64,000 nt of DNA from the human T2T-CHM13v2.0 reference genome, Homo sapiens: the NCBI RefSeq assembly GCF_009914755.1, contig NC_060933.1. The stretch is one strand, 5' to 3'. Position 1 is the stretch's first letter, and each line of letters opens with the position of its first letter. The position numbers were made by a program, and so were the translations under genes. This document shows positions 38,941 through 61,326 of the stretch, piece by piece. The notes below the pieces were generated by a model. It was not told the DNA's origin and did no database searches. It was given only the letters and a program-made list of their open reading frames with translations.

Positions 38941-40598
38941 AGCAAAATAAACTGAACCAAGTAGATGGAAGGAAATGATGAAGATAAGAGAAAAAGAAAA
39001 TGAAATTGAAAACAAGAAATGGAATACAGAAAAATCAGTGGAACAAAAAATTGGTTCTTAAATCAGTAAAATTGATAACCCTCTAGTAGAATGAATTAAT
39101 TTTTTTAATGGAGCAACAAATCACCAATATCAGAAAAGAAACAGGGTATATCACTACAAATCATTCAGCCATTAAAAGATAATAAAGGAATGCTACGAAA
39201 AACTTTACATTCATAAATTTCACAACTTTGAAGACATGGATCGATTCCGTGAAAATACAAATGTCAAAAACTCAAAGTGAAATAGATAACCTAAATAGTT
39301 ATATAATTATGTTTAAAAATTGAATTATTAATTGGCAAAAATCTTCAAGACCATAGAGAAATACTACTAAATATTTTTCAGGAAAATTAATAACCAATTG
39401 TACATACTGTCTTCCAGAAAATAAAAGAGGGAACACTTCTAAACACATTGTATAAGGCTAGTATTACCCTGATACCAAAACCAGACAAAGGCAATGCAGA
39501 AAAAAAGCAAGCTATACACAATATCTCTCATGACTTTAAGTACAAAATTTTCAAATCAATGTTAGATAATCTAACCTAAGAATGTGTAAAAATTAATATG
39601 TACCGTGGCCAAGTGGGATTTACTCCAGGTATGCAAGGCTGGTTGAACACTAACTATCTTTTATTGTAATCCACTATATCAATTGGTTAAAGAAGAAAAA
39701 GTATATGATTGTATCAACTGATGCAGAAAAAGCATTTGGCAAAATCCAACAACCCTCCTTGATAAATCTCAGGAAACTAGGAATAGAGAGAATTTCCTGT
39801 TTGATCAAGAGCATTTATGAAACAGCTACAGTTACTATTACACTTAATTGTGAAAGACTGAATAGTTTTCCCCAAAGATATGTTCCCTTCAGGAACAAGG
39901 CAAACTTATCTAGTCTCATCTTCCTTATTAAACATAATACTAGAAGTTCTGGTCACTGCAATAAGACAAGAAAGTAAAGACATGCAAGTTAGAAAGGAAG
40001 AAATAAAGTCAACCCTATTTGCAGGTTACATGATCACATGATTGCCTACGTAGAAAATCTCAAAACTACCAAAAAAAAAAAAAAGTTCCTAGCACTAGTC
40101 AGCTCTGCAAGGATGCACAAGGTTGCAGAATACAAGGTCAATGCATACTTGCTAATTTCTGAACTACATACTTATAACAAATAGGAATAAACCAAAAGTA
40201 AAATTACTTTACAATTACGAAAGAAAATTTAATACTGAGGCATAAATCTATCAGAACATGTGCAACATATGTATCACAAAAATTACACAATGCTAATAAA
40301 ACAGCTCAAAGAAGACCTAAATACAGGAAGAAATATTCCATGTTCATGAATTGGAAGACTCAATACAGGAAACATGTTCGTTCTCCCCAAATTGATTTAT
40401 AGTTTTAATACAATACCTACCAAAATCTCAGAAAAGTTTTTTTTTTGTAGGTAGACACCAGCTTGTACTACAATTTATTTGAAAAAATACAGAATGTAAT
40501 ATAGCTAAAATATTTTGAAAGGTAGAAAGTAGGAAGAATTACTCTACCCTATGTTAATGCTACAATATAGCTACAGAAATAAAGTAAATGTGATATTG

Positions 40599-40896
40599 GG
40601 CTCGATGCGGTGGCTTATGCCTGTTATCCCAGCACTTTGGGAGGCCAAGGTGGGTGGACTTAGTGTCAGGAGTTCCAGACCAGCGTGAAACCCCATATCT
40701 ACTAAAAAAAAAAAATACAAAAATTAGCTAGGCGTGGTGGCACCCACATGCAGTTCCAGCTACTCGGGAGGGTGAGGTAGGAGGGTGAGGCAGGAGGATC
40801 ACCTGAGCCTGGTAGGTGGAGGTTTCACTCAGCTAAGATCATGCCACGGCACTCCAGCCTGGGCAACAGGATGAGAGACTGTCTCAAAAGAAAAAA
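40599..40896 (+). mobile_element. Alu, AluJ-like
   Basis: Diverged dimer with the J-type 'ggaggatcacctgagcct'. Confidence 0.9.
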
Positions 40897-40944
40897 GTTG
40901 GTGGAGAGATAGACGTAGATCAATGAAACAGAACCCCAAAATAG

Positions 40945-41199
<255 letters not shown>

Positions 41200-42385
41200 T
41201 AGTATTGGAAAAAAGTGGACATTCAGAGGCAAAAGAAAAAAAATGAAGCTTGATCTATGCCTCACATTATACAAAAATTAAAGTGGATCATAGACTTAAA
41301 CAGAAACGTAAAATCACCAAACTTCTAGGAAAAAAAAACATAGGATACATTTTTAAAGACCTACAGTTAAGTTTTTAGACTTGGTACCAAAAGCGTGATC
41401 CATAAATAAAATTTGATAAATTAGACCATAAAAATTAAGAACTCTTTCTTTGCAATGGATCCTGTGAAGAGCATGAAAACACAAGCTGCAAACTAGACCA
41501 GAAGTAATATTTGCAGTCCCCATTTCTGGAAAAGGATTTGTATGTATAATATATAACAAACTTTCAAAACAACAGTAAAAAGATCCAATTTCAACTGGAC
41601 AAAAGACATTAAAAGACATTTCACTGAAGAGGGTATATGGATGGCAAATAAAAACATGAAAATATGTTCAGCATGATTAACTGTTAAAGAAAGACAAGCT
41701 AAAGCCACAATGAGATGTTAACACATGCCTATCAGAATGGACAAAATAATAGTGACAACACTAAATTCCAGTGAGGATATAGAGCAACTATGTGATTCAT
41801 ATAGGCCTGGTGAGAATGTAAAACGGTATAGTCACTCTGGAAATCAGTTTGATAGTTTCTTAAAAAAAATAGATATGCTACTCTACCATAATATCCCATA
41901 ATTGTACTCTTGGATATTTGTCCCAGGGAAATCAAAACTTACATTCACACTAAAATTTATAAACAAATGTTTACATGACCTTTGTTTGTAATAGTCCTAA
42001 ACTGGAAAAAATCCAAATTTTCTTCAACAGGTGAATAAACATAATGATGCATCCATACCATGGAATACTACTCAGCAATAAAAATAATAAATCACTAATA
42101 CATGAAACAAATTGGAAGACTCTCAAGGGAATGGTCCTGACTTCAGAAAGCCAAGCTTGAAAGGCCACATACTGAAAGATCCTGTTTATATAACATTCAC
42201 GAGTTAATGAAATTATTGAAATGGAGGGCAGATTAATGACTACCAGGGACTAGAGAGGGGCATATGGAGGGAGGTAATGATGAGTATGAAATGGTAACAT
42301 GAGGATCCTTGTGATGGAACTGTTCTGCATTTTGACTGTGGTGATAGATACACAAACCTACATATATGATTACATTGCATGTAAC

Positions 42386-42410
42386 CACACACACACACAC
42401 ACACACACAC
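42386..42410. repeat. (CA)n microsatellite within the L1MC 3'UTR
   Basis: ~12 CA units. Confidence 0.9.
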
Positions 42411-42592
42411 CAGGGCATGAAATTTGAATAAGACCCATATATTGTATCAATATCATTTTTCTGTTTGTTATATACTATTGTTATGCAAGAATGCAAGATG
42501 TTGACATTGGGGAAAACTGGGTGAAGAGTATATCTCTCTGTATTATTTATTACAACTGATGTGAACCTAAAATTATCTCAAAATTATTTTTA

Positions 42593-43352
42593 TTTTTTAA
42601 TTTTTTTGTCTTACATCTTTTTATTTTAATTTAATATTTTGTATTAATTTTTATTTCAATAGCTTTTGGGGTACAAGTGTTTTTTTGTTACACGGATGAA
42701 TTATACTGTGGTGAACTCTGAGATTTCAGTGGACCTGTCACCCAAGGGGTGTACACTGTACCCAACGTGTAGTTTTTTGTCTCTAGGCCCCATCCCACCT
42801 TCCCACTCCTAAGTCTTTAAAGTCCATTGTATAACTCTACATGCCTTTGTGGACTCATAGCTTAGCTTCCACTTATAAGTAAGAACATACATTTTTTGGT
42901 TTTTCACTCCCGTGTTACTTCACTTAGAATAATGGCCTCCAGCTCCATCCAATTTGCTGCAAAAGTCATTATTTTATTACTTTCAATGGTAGATTACTAT
43001 TCCATGGTGTATATATGTACCACATTTTCTTTATCCACTTTGTTGATGGGCACTTACATTGGTTCCCTATCTTTGCAACTGTGAATTGTGCTGCCATAAA
43101 CATACATCTTCAAGTGTCTTTTTCATGTAATGATTTATTTTCCCTTTGATATATACTCAGTGGGATTGCTGGATTGAATGGTAGGTCTACTGTTAGCTCT
43201 TTAAGGAATCTCCATACTGTTTTCCATAGAGGTTCTACTAGTTTACATTCCCACCAGCTGTGTATACGCCTTCCCTTTTCCCCACATCCATGGCAATGTC
43301 TACTGTTTTTTGACTTTTTAACAATGGCCATTTTTGTAGGAGTAAGTGGTAT
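42593..43352 (-). mobile_element. 5'-truncated L1PB-like element
   Basis: L1PB-type 3'UTR; perfect 15-bp TSD tcaaaattattttta at 42578-42592 and 43353-43367. Confidence 0.92.
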
Positions 43353-43616
43353 TCAAAATTATTTTTAAAGAACACTTATAAATCAATTATAGTACCATCA
43401 ATAGAAAAATAAACATTGAATAAAGGGCATGGAAATAATTCACAGTTGAAGAAATACGGATGACCAACAAAACAAATTTATCCTCACTGGCAATCAAAGA
43501 AAGCCAAAATGAATAATTAATTTTAAGTTAGCAAATTTAAAAAACTATGTTAAAGTTATCAGATGGCACTCTTTGGAGTATAACTATGATGCTGTTTGGA
43601 ATGTTAACAGGTATAA

Positions 43617-44248
<632 letters not shown>

Positions 44249-46567
44249 AAAAACAATTAGGCTAGATATATTACAATGCCTAAAAGAGTTTATGCCCTTT
44301 AACCCAGTAATACCACTTGTACAAATTAATTCCAAAGAGATGATCAGCTGCGCAAAGAGTATTGTATAAGGATAATCCTAAAAATATTTATAATAGAATA
44401 AAAGATAATCTAAATATCTGACAAGGGGATGGTTAAACAGTTAAATATAATGCAATTGTTTATGAACATTAAATTATGATTTGAATAAATATTAAAGACA
44501 TAGGAAAATGTTCAGGTTATAATATTGAGACAGAGGTGGGATATAAAGGGGAAATGTCTTATTTAAAAAATGTGTAAATATCTATTTATATATATTTTTA
44601 TATGACAATTTTAGCAGTGGTTATGGGTAATTTCAATTTTCTTCTTTATACTTTCTTTTATTTCCCAAAGTATCTACAAGGAGCATGAATGTTCTTTATA
44701 TTAAGAAAGAAAAATTTTAAAACATGTGTCTACTAGGAATAACAAAACATTTGCAAAGTTGCTCATTTGGCTTACCTGCCAGCACTTGTTCCAGCTTCCT
44801 CTTCCTCTCCCACTTTGCACCCCACACTTTTAACTAGTGTTCACTTACTCTCATCCTTCTCTCTCACAGACCTCACTTCCTGTTCAAAGCCAGTGACTGT
44901 GTCTAGGCTCAAACTTCCCCCATCCACATTTTTGCTCAGTTTCTTAGTTATCTGACCTCTTCTGCTATCTTCGGGCTTTCTCTGCTCATTGCAAATGGGC
45001 AATGGAACAAAGATGCATGAGTCACTGGTCTATGAAAAATATTTTTAAAATATCTATTGTATTTTGTTTTGTTTATAGAAATGGTTTTTTTCTTGAGATT
45101 ACAAAAATAAAATTTTTATTGTAAAATAAGACAATGTACAAGTTAGAAAATAACAATCTCTTCTTTGTCTCTTTAGTAAATGGATAGATTGGTTGATAGA
45201 AAGATGGATGTATTTGTGTTAGCATAGGTGAAGGATAAATTGATGTATGTATGGACATGTGAATTGATGGATAGCTAGTTTTGGGATAAAAGGAATCACA
45301 CATTACAGCTAGTCACCATGACAAAAATGATTCCAAAATTAATCTGCTAGAATAAACAGAATAGTTAGAGAACACTTTTAAAATAACATATAATGGAAGG
45401 GGATGCTGCCTTCCAGAAACTGAAATGAATTGCAGTGAGTTTAAATATTGAAGTATTGCCTGATTATTACTGCATTTTTCTTATAATTTAGTATATTGCC
45501 AACACACATATTGTCATGCTTTCCATGACAATAAATATGAATCAGTATGACCACCTTATCTGTGCAGTTTTACTTTACAAATGATCCACTAGTTTTTTTA
45601 AATGCTCTATAGTATGAATATTAGCTTGTTTCTCATATTTTAACATTATAAGCAATACTTTAATAAATGTCCCCTCATACACACTGTTTTAAAAAAAAGT
45701 TTTCTTTTAATTCCTTTAGAAAAAAAATATAGAAGTAGATTTGCCAGAACAGAGTCATGTTTTAGGTTTGGATATGAATTTCCAGTTTCCCTTCAAAAGA
45801 AGTGGGCTAATTAATATATTTCTGCCAGCATCTTGTGACAGTGATTATTTTTCTACATTTTTACTAACTTGTGACACTATAAACCTTGTAAATTATTGCT
45901 ATTTTAACAGGTAAAAAAATTCTAGTTTAAATTTGAGTGCATATTTATTGAAGATATGCGTCTTTTTATATACTCAATATTTTACATTTCTTTTGATTTT
46001 CCAGTCATATATTTTGGTATTTACTTAAATTTTCAGCAAAATACATGTGCATGGTTTAAAGGTTACATTAAAGCAACAAGGATTATTAGCAAAAATAGTG
46101 TTTCTCTGCCTGTCTTGTTTTCCCTCCCATTGTCCTCCCAATCCTGCTACCCAATGATAGCCTGTTTAGCTTATTAAATAGTTTATTCTGATATTTAATT
46201 AATTTAATATCATGTTTTTAACTAATGTACTTTTTCACTACTTGTTGATTTTTCAAATTCAGATGTTAGGTATTGATTTACTACCAGGTAAGAGGAAAAT
46301 TTAACTCTCCTTCAACATTCCTCCTATCACACCCTGTCCCTATGGACATATTCAGTTATCTTCAATCATCTTTTAAATGTAGATTTATTATAATTTTGGA
46401 CTAAATTTACGTTCACTCATTTTGTCGTTATTACATAAACATTACTCACTGCTCAGTAAGTATCGTAGGTAGTTTAAGTTTGCTATCTGGTTCAATTTTC
46501 TGCTTCCCTGGAATTAATAATTACCTTATTTTGGGTTTACTTAATTTTCTTTGTACACAAACCTTTT

Positions 46568-53237
<6,670 letters not shown>

Positions 53238-53772
53238 ACACAAACTTTTTTAATCATCAGATTCTATGGTAGAGTAATAAAACTTCTTTTCATAGATTAA
53301 ACACACTAGGTAAGCTATAATTTTTTTCTAAAAAATGTCTTCATCATCTTGCTCCAATCTCAACTAGTTTATATTTGGGCCCACCGTGCAAATATCATCC
53401 TTTCACTTTCTGAATTTCCTGAAATTCCTTCTTCGGGTTCCTTGTGTTTAAACACCTATTTCTTGGATGTCATTTTATCATTTTTCTTAATTTTGTTTTA
53501 GTACATTACTTCAGTACAATATTGAGAAAGAGTACATGGGAACTATTTCATTTTTGAGAATTTGAATGTCTACAAATATATTTTTCTACTCATATACTTG
53601 ATTGATAATTTGCTTGTATATGTAATTCTAGATTGGAAATCATTTCCTCTCAAAATATGGAAGGCATTTTTTTCCCATTGTTTCTGCTTCCGTGATGTTG
53701 CTGTAAAAAGTCCAGTACTATTCTGATTCTTAATCTCTTGTGTTTTTTTTCTTTCTTTCTGGAAGTTTTTAG

Positions 53773-54163
<391 letters not shown>

Positions 54164-57100
54164 AGGAGTAGTTTTTAAGTAGATTTGTGTGTGCTGGCCT
54201 TAAGAAATGTTTTATATTACTTCTTTGATAATTCTTCCGTCTCTCTTTCTCAGACACACACACTTGCTAACTCTCACTCATGCACTTTTGTTCTCTCTTT
54301 CTGTAACTCCTATTGGTTGGGCCTCTTGAATTAGTTCTCTAATTTATCATATTTTAGCTCCCATTTTGTCTTATTTCCTTATGCTCTGTTTTCTAAAGAT
54401 TTTTCTAGACTTTTCTAGACTCTGAGAGCTTCCAATTTCCACTGGATATTTTATTTTTACCTATCATATTATTTTCTTATTCCCTGTATGCTCTCTTTTT
54501 GTCATGTTCCATTCTTTCTTCATGAATGCAATGTCTTCTCTTATTGCTATGAAGATACTCTATTTTTGAGCTTTCCTCTGCTCCTAGTGTTATAGTTTTT
54601 CTTTTATGCTAATTTTTGTTTCTGTCTTTCATATTGAAACCTTTCCTTATATATCTTCTAATCCTTGTCTAATTGTATTTTGGAATCAGGCACTAGAAAA
54701 CTAATTGAAAGCCTTATGTGGGATCAGGGAGTTATTATGCTTATAGACCGTGAGTGTTTCTGTTGCGTGATGGACTTTTTGTTTTTCTTCATTGTGGTTC
54801 TCTAAATATCAGAACCTGTGAGATGTTACTCATGGACAAAATCTTTTCAGGCATTGAGCTCTACAAACTAGTTAGAGGGTGGGGTGCCAGCCTTCTGAGG
54901 GCTGGGCAAGTGAGTTTTACAGTACAGTAAGCATCTTCCACTTAATTCTTCTGTTTTCAGGAGGGTTTCTAACCCTCAACATTTCCTGAGAAAATTGAAA
55001 GTATACTTCCTGATGTCTATGATAGAAGAAGGATGACTCTTCTGCTTTATGAATTGGAGAAGGGAATCTCTTTTTAAGAACTTTTACCATTTTTCAACAA
55101 ATTATTTCCTTGATCAATTCATCCTTTGATGGACACTTGGCTATTGTTAATAATGCTGCAGTGAACATGGGAGTGCAGATATCTCTTTGACCTAACTGAT
55201 TTTATTTCCTTACCCAAAAGTGAGATTGCTTAATCATATGATAGTTCTATGACTTTTTGAGGAACCTCCATAGTGTTTTCTATAATGGCTGTACCAATTT
55301 ATATTCCAATCCACAGTGTGTAAGTTTCCCTTTTCTCCATATCCACACCAACACTTGATTTTTTAAAATGATAGTCATTCTAATAGGTGTGATGTAACAG
55401 CTTCTTGTGGGTTTCATTTGCATTTTCCTAATGATCAATGAAGCTGAGCATATTTTTTATATACCTCTTGACTATGTGTCTTCTTTTGAGAAATGTCCAT
55501 TCAAGTCTTTTGTCCATTTTTTTAATTGGGTTATTGGGTTTTTTCTATTTAGTTGTTTGAATTTCTTATATTTTTTGGATATTAATCAAATATTTTTCCC
55601 ATTCCTTAGGTTATTTTCTCTGTTGATTGTTTTGTTTGCTGTAAAGAAGCTTTTTAGTTTTATGCAATCCCATTAGTCTGTTTTTGCTTTTTTAGCCTGT
55701 GCTTTTTGGTGTCAGACCTAAAATATAATTGCCCAGACCTATGTCAACAAGCTTTTACCCTGTGTTTTCTTCTGGTAGTTTTGCAGCTTCAGGGCTTACA
55801 TTTAAGTCTTTAATCCATTTTGAGTTGTTTTTTGTATGTGGTGTAGAATAAGTGGCCAATTTCATTCTTCTGGATATGGATATCCAGTTTTCCCAACACC
55901 ATAAGTTGAAGAGATTATCTGTTCCCCATTGTGTGTTCTTAGTACCCTTGCCAAAAACCAGTTGGCTATATATGTGTGGATTTACTTCTGGGTTCACTAT
56001 TATGTTCCATCAGTCATATGTCTGTTTTTATACCAGCACTGTACTTTTCTGATTACTGTAGCTTTGTGATATATTTTGAAATCAGGAAATATGATTCTTC
56101 CAGCTATGTTCTTCTTGCTTAAAATTGCATTGGCAATTTGTGGTTCCAAATGAATCATAAGATTGTTTTATCTAAACCTATGAAAAATGCCATTTTAATT
56201 TTGATAGGGATTGCACTAAATCTGTACATCGCTTTTGGTTATGGACAGTCTAACAATATTAATTCTTCCAATCCATGAACACAGAATATCTTTCCGTTCA
56301 TTTGGGTGGTGTTCAATTACTTTCATCAATGTTTTATAGTTTTTAGTACAAGGTTTTTTACCTCCTTGGGTAAATTTATTCCTAAATATTTTTGATGCTA
56401 TTGTAAATGGGATTGTTATTTCAATTTATTTTTTGTGTAGTTTGTCATTAGTGTATAGAAATGCACATGATTTTTGTATGTTGAATTTGTGTTCTGCAAC
56501 TTTCCTGAATTTATTTATTAGTTTGAATGGTTTTCTGGCAGCATCTTTATGGTTTTCCACGTATAAGATCATGTCATCTGCAGACAATTTTACTTCTTTT
56601 ACAACGTGGATGAATTTTCTTTTTTTTTGTTTTGTTTAGTTTCTCTGGTTAGGACTTCCAATACTATGTTTTACAGAAGTGACAAGAGTGGATATTTTTG
56701 TCTTGTTTATAATCTTCAAGACAAAGTTTTAAGCTTTTAACTGTTGAGTATTATATTAGCTGTGGGCTTATCATGCATGGCCTTTATTATGTTAAGATGT
56801 GTTTCTTCTGTAGCTAATTTTTAAAGAACATTTTATTACTAATGAATTTTGTCAAATGCTCTTTTCTGCATCTATTGAAATAATCATATAATTTTTAATC
56901 CCTTATTCTGTTAATATAGTGATTGATTTAAGTATGTTGAACCTTTTTTACATGCCAGGAATAAATTCCACTTGATCATGGTATATTATCCTTTTAACAC
57001 TCTATTAAATTTTATTTCCTAGTATTTTGTTGAGGTTTTTTTTTTTTTTTTCATCAGTGTTAATTAGGCAAACAGGCCTATAATTTTTGTTGTTTGTAGT

Positions 57101-58270
57101 ATCCTTGTCTGGCTTTGACAATGGGACAAAGCTGGGCTGAAAAAATCAGTTTGGAAGTATTCCCTCCTCTCCAATTAAAAAAAAAATCGATAAGAACTTG
57201 CATTAATTCTTCTCAGGTGTTCAGTAGCCATCAGATCTTGGGCTTTTTTTTTTTTTTTTTTTTTTTTTTGAGGAGGGAGGAGGTATTTGATTACTGATTC
57301 AATCTTATTTATTATTGATCCTTTCAGATTTTCTATTTCTTCGTGGTTTAGTCTTGGTAAGTTATATGTTTCTAGGAATTTATCCATTTCTTCTAGTTTA
57401 TCTAATTTGTTATTGTATAATTGTTCATAGTATCCTCTTGTGATCCTTTGTATTTCTGTTATATCAGTTGTAATGTCTCCTTGTCTTAGTTTTTGCTACT
57501 ATAATAAATTACCATGCACTGGGTAGTTTATAAATAATATATATTTATTTCTCATGGTTATGAAGGCATGGAGGTCCAAGATCAAGGCACTGGGAAAATT
57601 GATGTCTGATTTGGGCTGCCATCTGCTTCCAAGATGGTGACTTGTTGCTGCACCCTTCATAGAGGAGAAATGCTGTGTTCTCACATGGAACAAGGGACAG
57701 AAGGGGTGAAAAGAGGAGAACTCCTTCCATCAAGCCCATTTGTAAGGGCATCTAATTCCATTCATGAGAGCAGAGCCCTCATAACTCAATCGCTTCCTAA
57801 AGGCCACACTTGTTAATATTGTTGCATTGGAAATTATGTTTCAACATGAATTTTGGAAGGGGCATCATCATTCAAACAATTGCATTCTGCCCCCAGTCCT
57901 CTAAAATTTATGTCCTTCTCACATACAAAATACTTTTATTCTATCCCAATAGCCCCCAAAGTCTTAACTCATCCCAGCATTAACTCTAAAGTCTAATCCA
58001 GAATCTCTCATAAATATCGTCTAAATCACATAAGGGTGAGACTTGCATTATAATTTATCTGAAGGCAAATTTCCTTCTAGCTTCCTTTCCTGAAGCAATT
58101 TTTCTTCCAAATTTTCCTGTAAAATCAAACAAGTTATATGCTTCCAAAAAACGGTGGTGAGGCTGGCATAGAATAGACATTTCCATTCAAAGGGAGAAAT
58201 AGGCAAGAAGAAAGAGTAACAAGTCCTAATTAAGTTCAAAATCCAACAAGGCAAGCAACAGTTAAACTTA

Positions 58271-59258
58271 TTTTTATGTATTTTTATATTTTTAATTCAA
58301 TAGATTTTGGGGGAACAGGTGTTACATGAATAAGTTCTTTAATGGTGATTTCTGAGATTTTGATGCACCCATCACCCAAGCTGTGTACACTGTACCTAAT
58401 GTGTAGTCTTTTATACGTCACCCCCTCCCACCATTTCCTCCAAGCCCCAAAGTCCATTGTATCATTCTTATGCCTTTGTATCCTCATAGCTTAGCTCCCA
58501 CTTATGAGTGAGAGCATACGATGTTTAGTTTTCCATTCCTGAGCTACTTCACTTAGAATAACTGTCTCCAGTTCCATCCAGGTTTCTGTAAATGCCACTA
58601 TTTCATTCCTTTTTATGACTGAGTAGCATTCCATGGTATTTATATACCACATTTTCTTTATCCACTCATTGAATGATAGGCATTTGGGCTAGTTTCATAT
58701 TTTTGCAATTGTGAATTGTGCTGCTAAAAACATGCGTGTGCAGGTATCTTTTTCGTATAATGACTTCTTTTCCTGTGGGTAGATACATAGAAGTTGGATT
58801 GCTGGATCAAATGGTTAATATATTTTTAGTTATTTAAGGAATCTACACTGTTTTCCATAGTGGTTGTATTAGTTTACATTCCCCACCAAAGGTGTAAAAA
58901 TGTTCCCTTTTCGCCATATCCCCGTGCCAACACCTATTGTTATTATTTTTTATTATTACCATTCTTGCAGGAGTTAGCTGGTATCACCATTGTGGTTTTG
59001 CTTTGTATTTCCCTGATAATTAGTGATGTTGAGCATTTTTTTTCATATGTTTGTTGGTCATATGTATATCTTCTTTTGAGAATTGTCTATTCATGTCCTT
59101 AGCCCACTTTTTGATGGGATTGTTTGTTTTTTTCTTGCTGATTTGTTTGAGTTTCTTGTAGATTCTGGATATTAGTCATTTGTCAGATGTATAGATTGCG
59201 AAGATTTTCTCCCATTCTGTGGGTTGCCTGTTTACTCTGCTGATTGTTTCTTTCACTA
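58271..59258 (-). mobile_element. 5'-truncated L1PB1-like element within the MaLR internal region
   Basis: L1PB 3'UTR; imperfect TSD aagcaaca(g)ttaaa(t)ctta at 58253-58270 and 59259-59276. Confidence 0.9.
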
Positions 59259-60929
59259 AAGCAACATTAAATCTTAAGGCTGGAGAATAATCTTCTTTGA
59301 CTCCACGTCCCACCTGCCAGACACATTGGAAGGAGGTGGGTTTACAAGGCTACAGGGAACTCTTCACTCAGGCTTTGCTAGACACAGCCCATACCACAGT
59401 CCTCATGGATTAGACTCAGGTGCTTGTGGCTTTCCCAGTTTGGTATTGCATGCTAGTGACTCTATAGGTATATAGTCTGGGGGATGGCTCTGCCCCTATG
59501 AATCCTCTAAGCATTCATTTAGTGAGGACTTTCTGCAGTGGCCCCACCCCTGGGGCATGTCTCTGCCTGGTCCCTGAGGCTGTTCAAGACATCCATTGTA
59601 ATCTAGGTGGAGGTAGCCCTGCCTCCTCAGCTTCTGCACTCTGCACATCCACAGAGTGGACAATGCCAAGACTATGGCTTGTGCTTTCAGGTGTGGTGGC
59701 CCAACCTGCACCTGGGCTTGCTTGAGCCACAGTTGGTGTAGCCAAGGAGCACTGGAGCAGAATACAGGGGGCAGAGAATTGAGGTAACCCTGGACAATGA
59801 GCCCGAAGTTCCCAAGGGTTCCCTAAATCTCTCCCTTGAAGTCATTCTGCCCTCAAAGTCCTAGAACTCTGGGCCTCTAAAGGTAATGGCAGCCTTGAGA
59901 ATCTCTGAAGCACCTTTGGTATTGTTCTCCCATTGTCTTCATGAATAGCACCTGGTTTCCTTCTACCCATGCTCATCTCTTTATTATGTGGTTGCTTGAT
60001 AAGACCCTTGGTTTTCTCTCCTAAACATACCTTTTTTTTACATGACTAGGGGGAGAATTTTCTGAGTCTTTGCATCCTGTTTCCCTTTGGTTATAGATTC
60101 CATATTTAACTTGCTTCTCTTCTTAGATTTTACTATAAACAGTTGAGAAAAGCCACAAAGACCCTTGATGCTCTGCTTAGAGATTCATTCCACCAAGTAT
60201 CCTAGTCCATCACTCTTAAATTCTGCCCTCTGCAAAGTAGAACACAGACACAATTCAGCCAAGTTCTTTGACACTTTGTAACAAGAATGGTCTTTCCTCC
60301 AGTTTCCAGTGATATAGTTCTTATTTCCATCTAAGACCTCATAAAAATGGCCTTACTATCTGTATTTCTACCAACATTCTGTTCATGACCAGTTAAATAA
60401 TCTCTAAAACTGTGGATTTTTTTCTATGGTTCTCCTGAGCTCTCTCAAGAATTACTTTTTATGCTCCATTCATGGCAATCTAGGCTTTTTCTACCATGCA
60501 GTTCACAACTGTTCCAGCCTCTAACCACTACCCAGTTCCAAAGCTGCTTCTACATTTTTCAGGTATTTGTTACAGCAACAGTAACAAACAGTAACAACAG
60601 TCCACTTCTCTGGTACCAATTTCTGTTTTAGTCCATTTATGCTTCTATAAAAATACCACAAACTGGTTAATTTATAAACAGTAGAAATTGATTTATCATG
60701 ATTCTGGAAGCTGGGAAATCCAAGATCAAGGCACTGGCAGGATTGAGGGCTGCTTTCTGCTTCCAAGAAGGGGCTTGTTACTGTGTACTCCCAAGGTGAG
60801 GGATGCTATTTCACCACAAGGGAGTTGGACAGAATAGATGAAAAGGGGAGAAATCTGTTCATCAGGCCCTTTTATAAGGGCACCTAATTCCATTCATGAA
60901 GATGGACCTTCTTTAGGCCATATATTTTC

Positions 60930-61326
60930 TGTATTTGTTCATTCTCTCACTGCTATAAAGAAATGCCTGAGACTGGGTAATTTATAAAGAAAAGAGATTT
61001 ACTTGGCTCATGGTTCCACAGGCTGTGCAGGAAGCATGGCTGAGGGTTGGGGCCTCAGGAAACTTTTACTCATGGTAGAAGACAAAGCTGGAGTGGGTAT
61101 CTTCACATGGTCAGAGCAGGAGGAATAGAGAGAGGGGAGAAGTGCTACACACAAACAACCAGATCTCCTGAGAATTTACTCAATGTACAGTACCAAGGGG
61201 GGATAGTACTAAACCACTGGAAGCCACCCCCATGATCCAATCACCTCCCACCAGGCCTCATCTCCAACACTGATGATTACAATTCAACATGAGATTTGGG
61301 TGGGGACACAGATTCAAACCATAATA
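60930..61326 (-). mobile_element. MSTA-like solo LTR nested in the provirus 5' LTR
   Basis: 'tgctataaagaaatgcctgagactgggtaatttataaagaaaagag...catgagatttgggtggggacacag'. Confidence 0.9.
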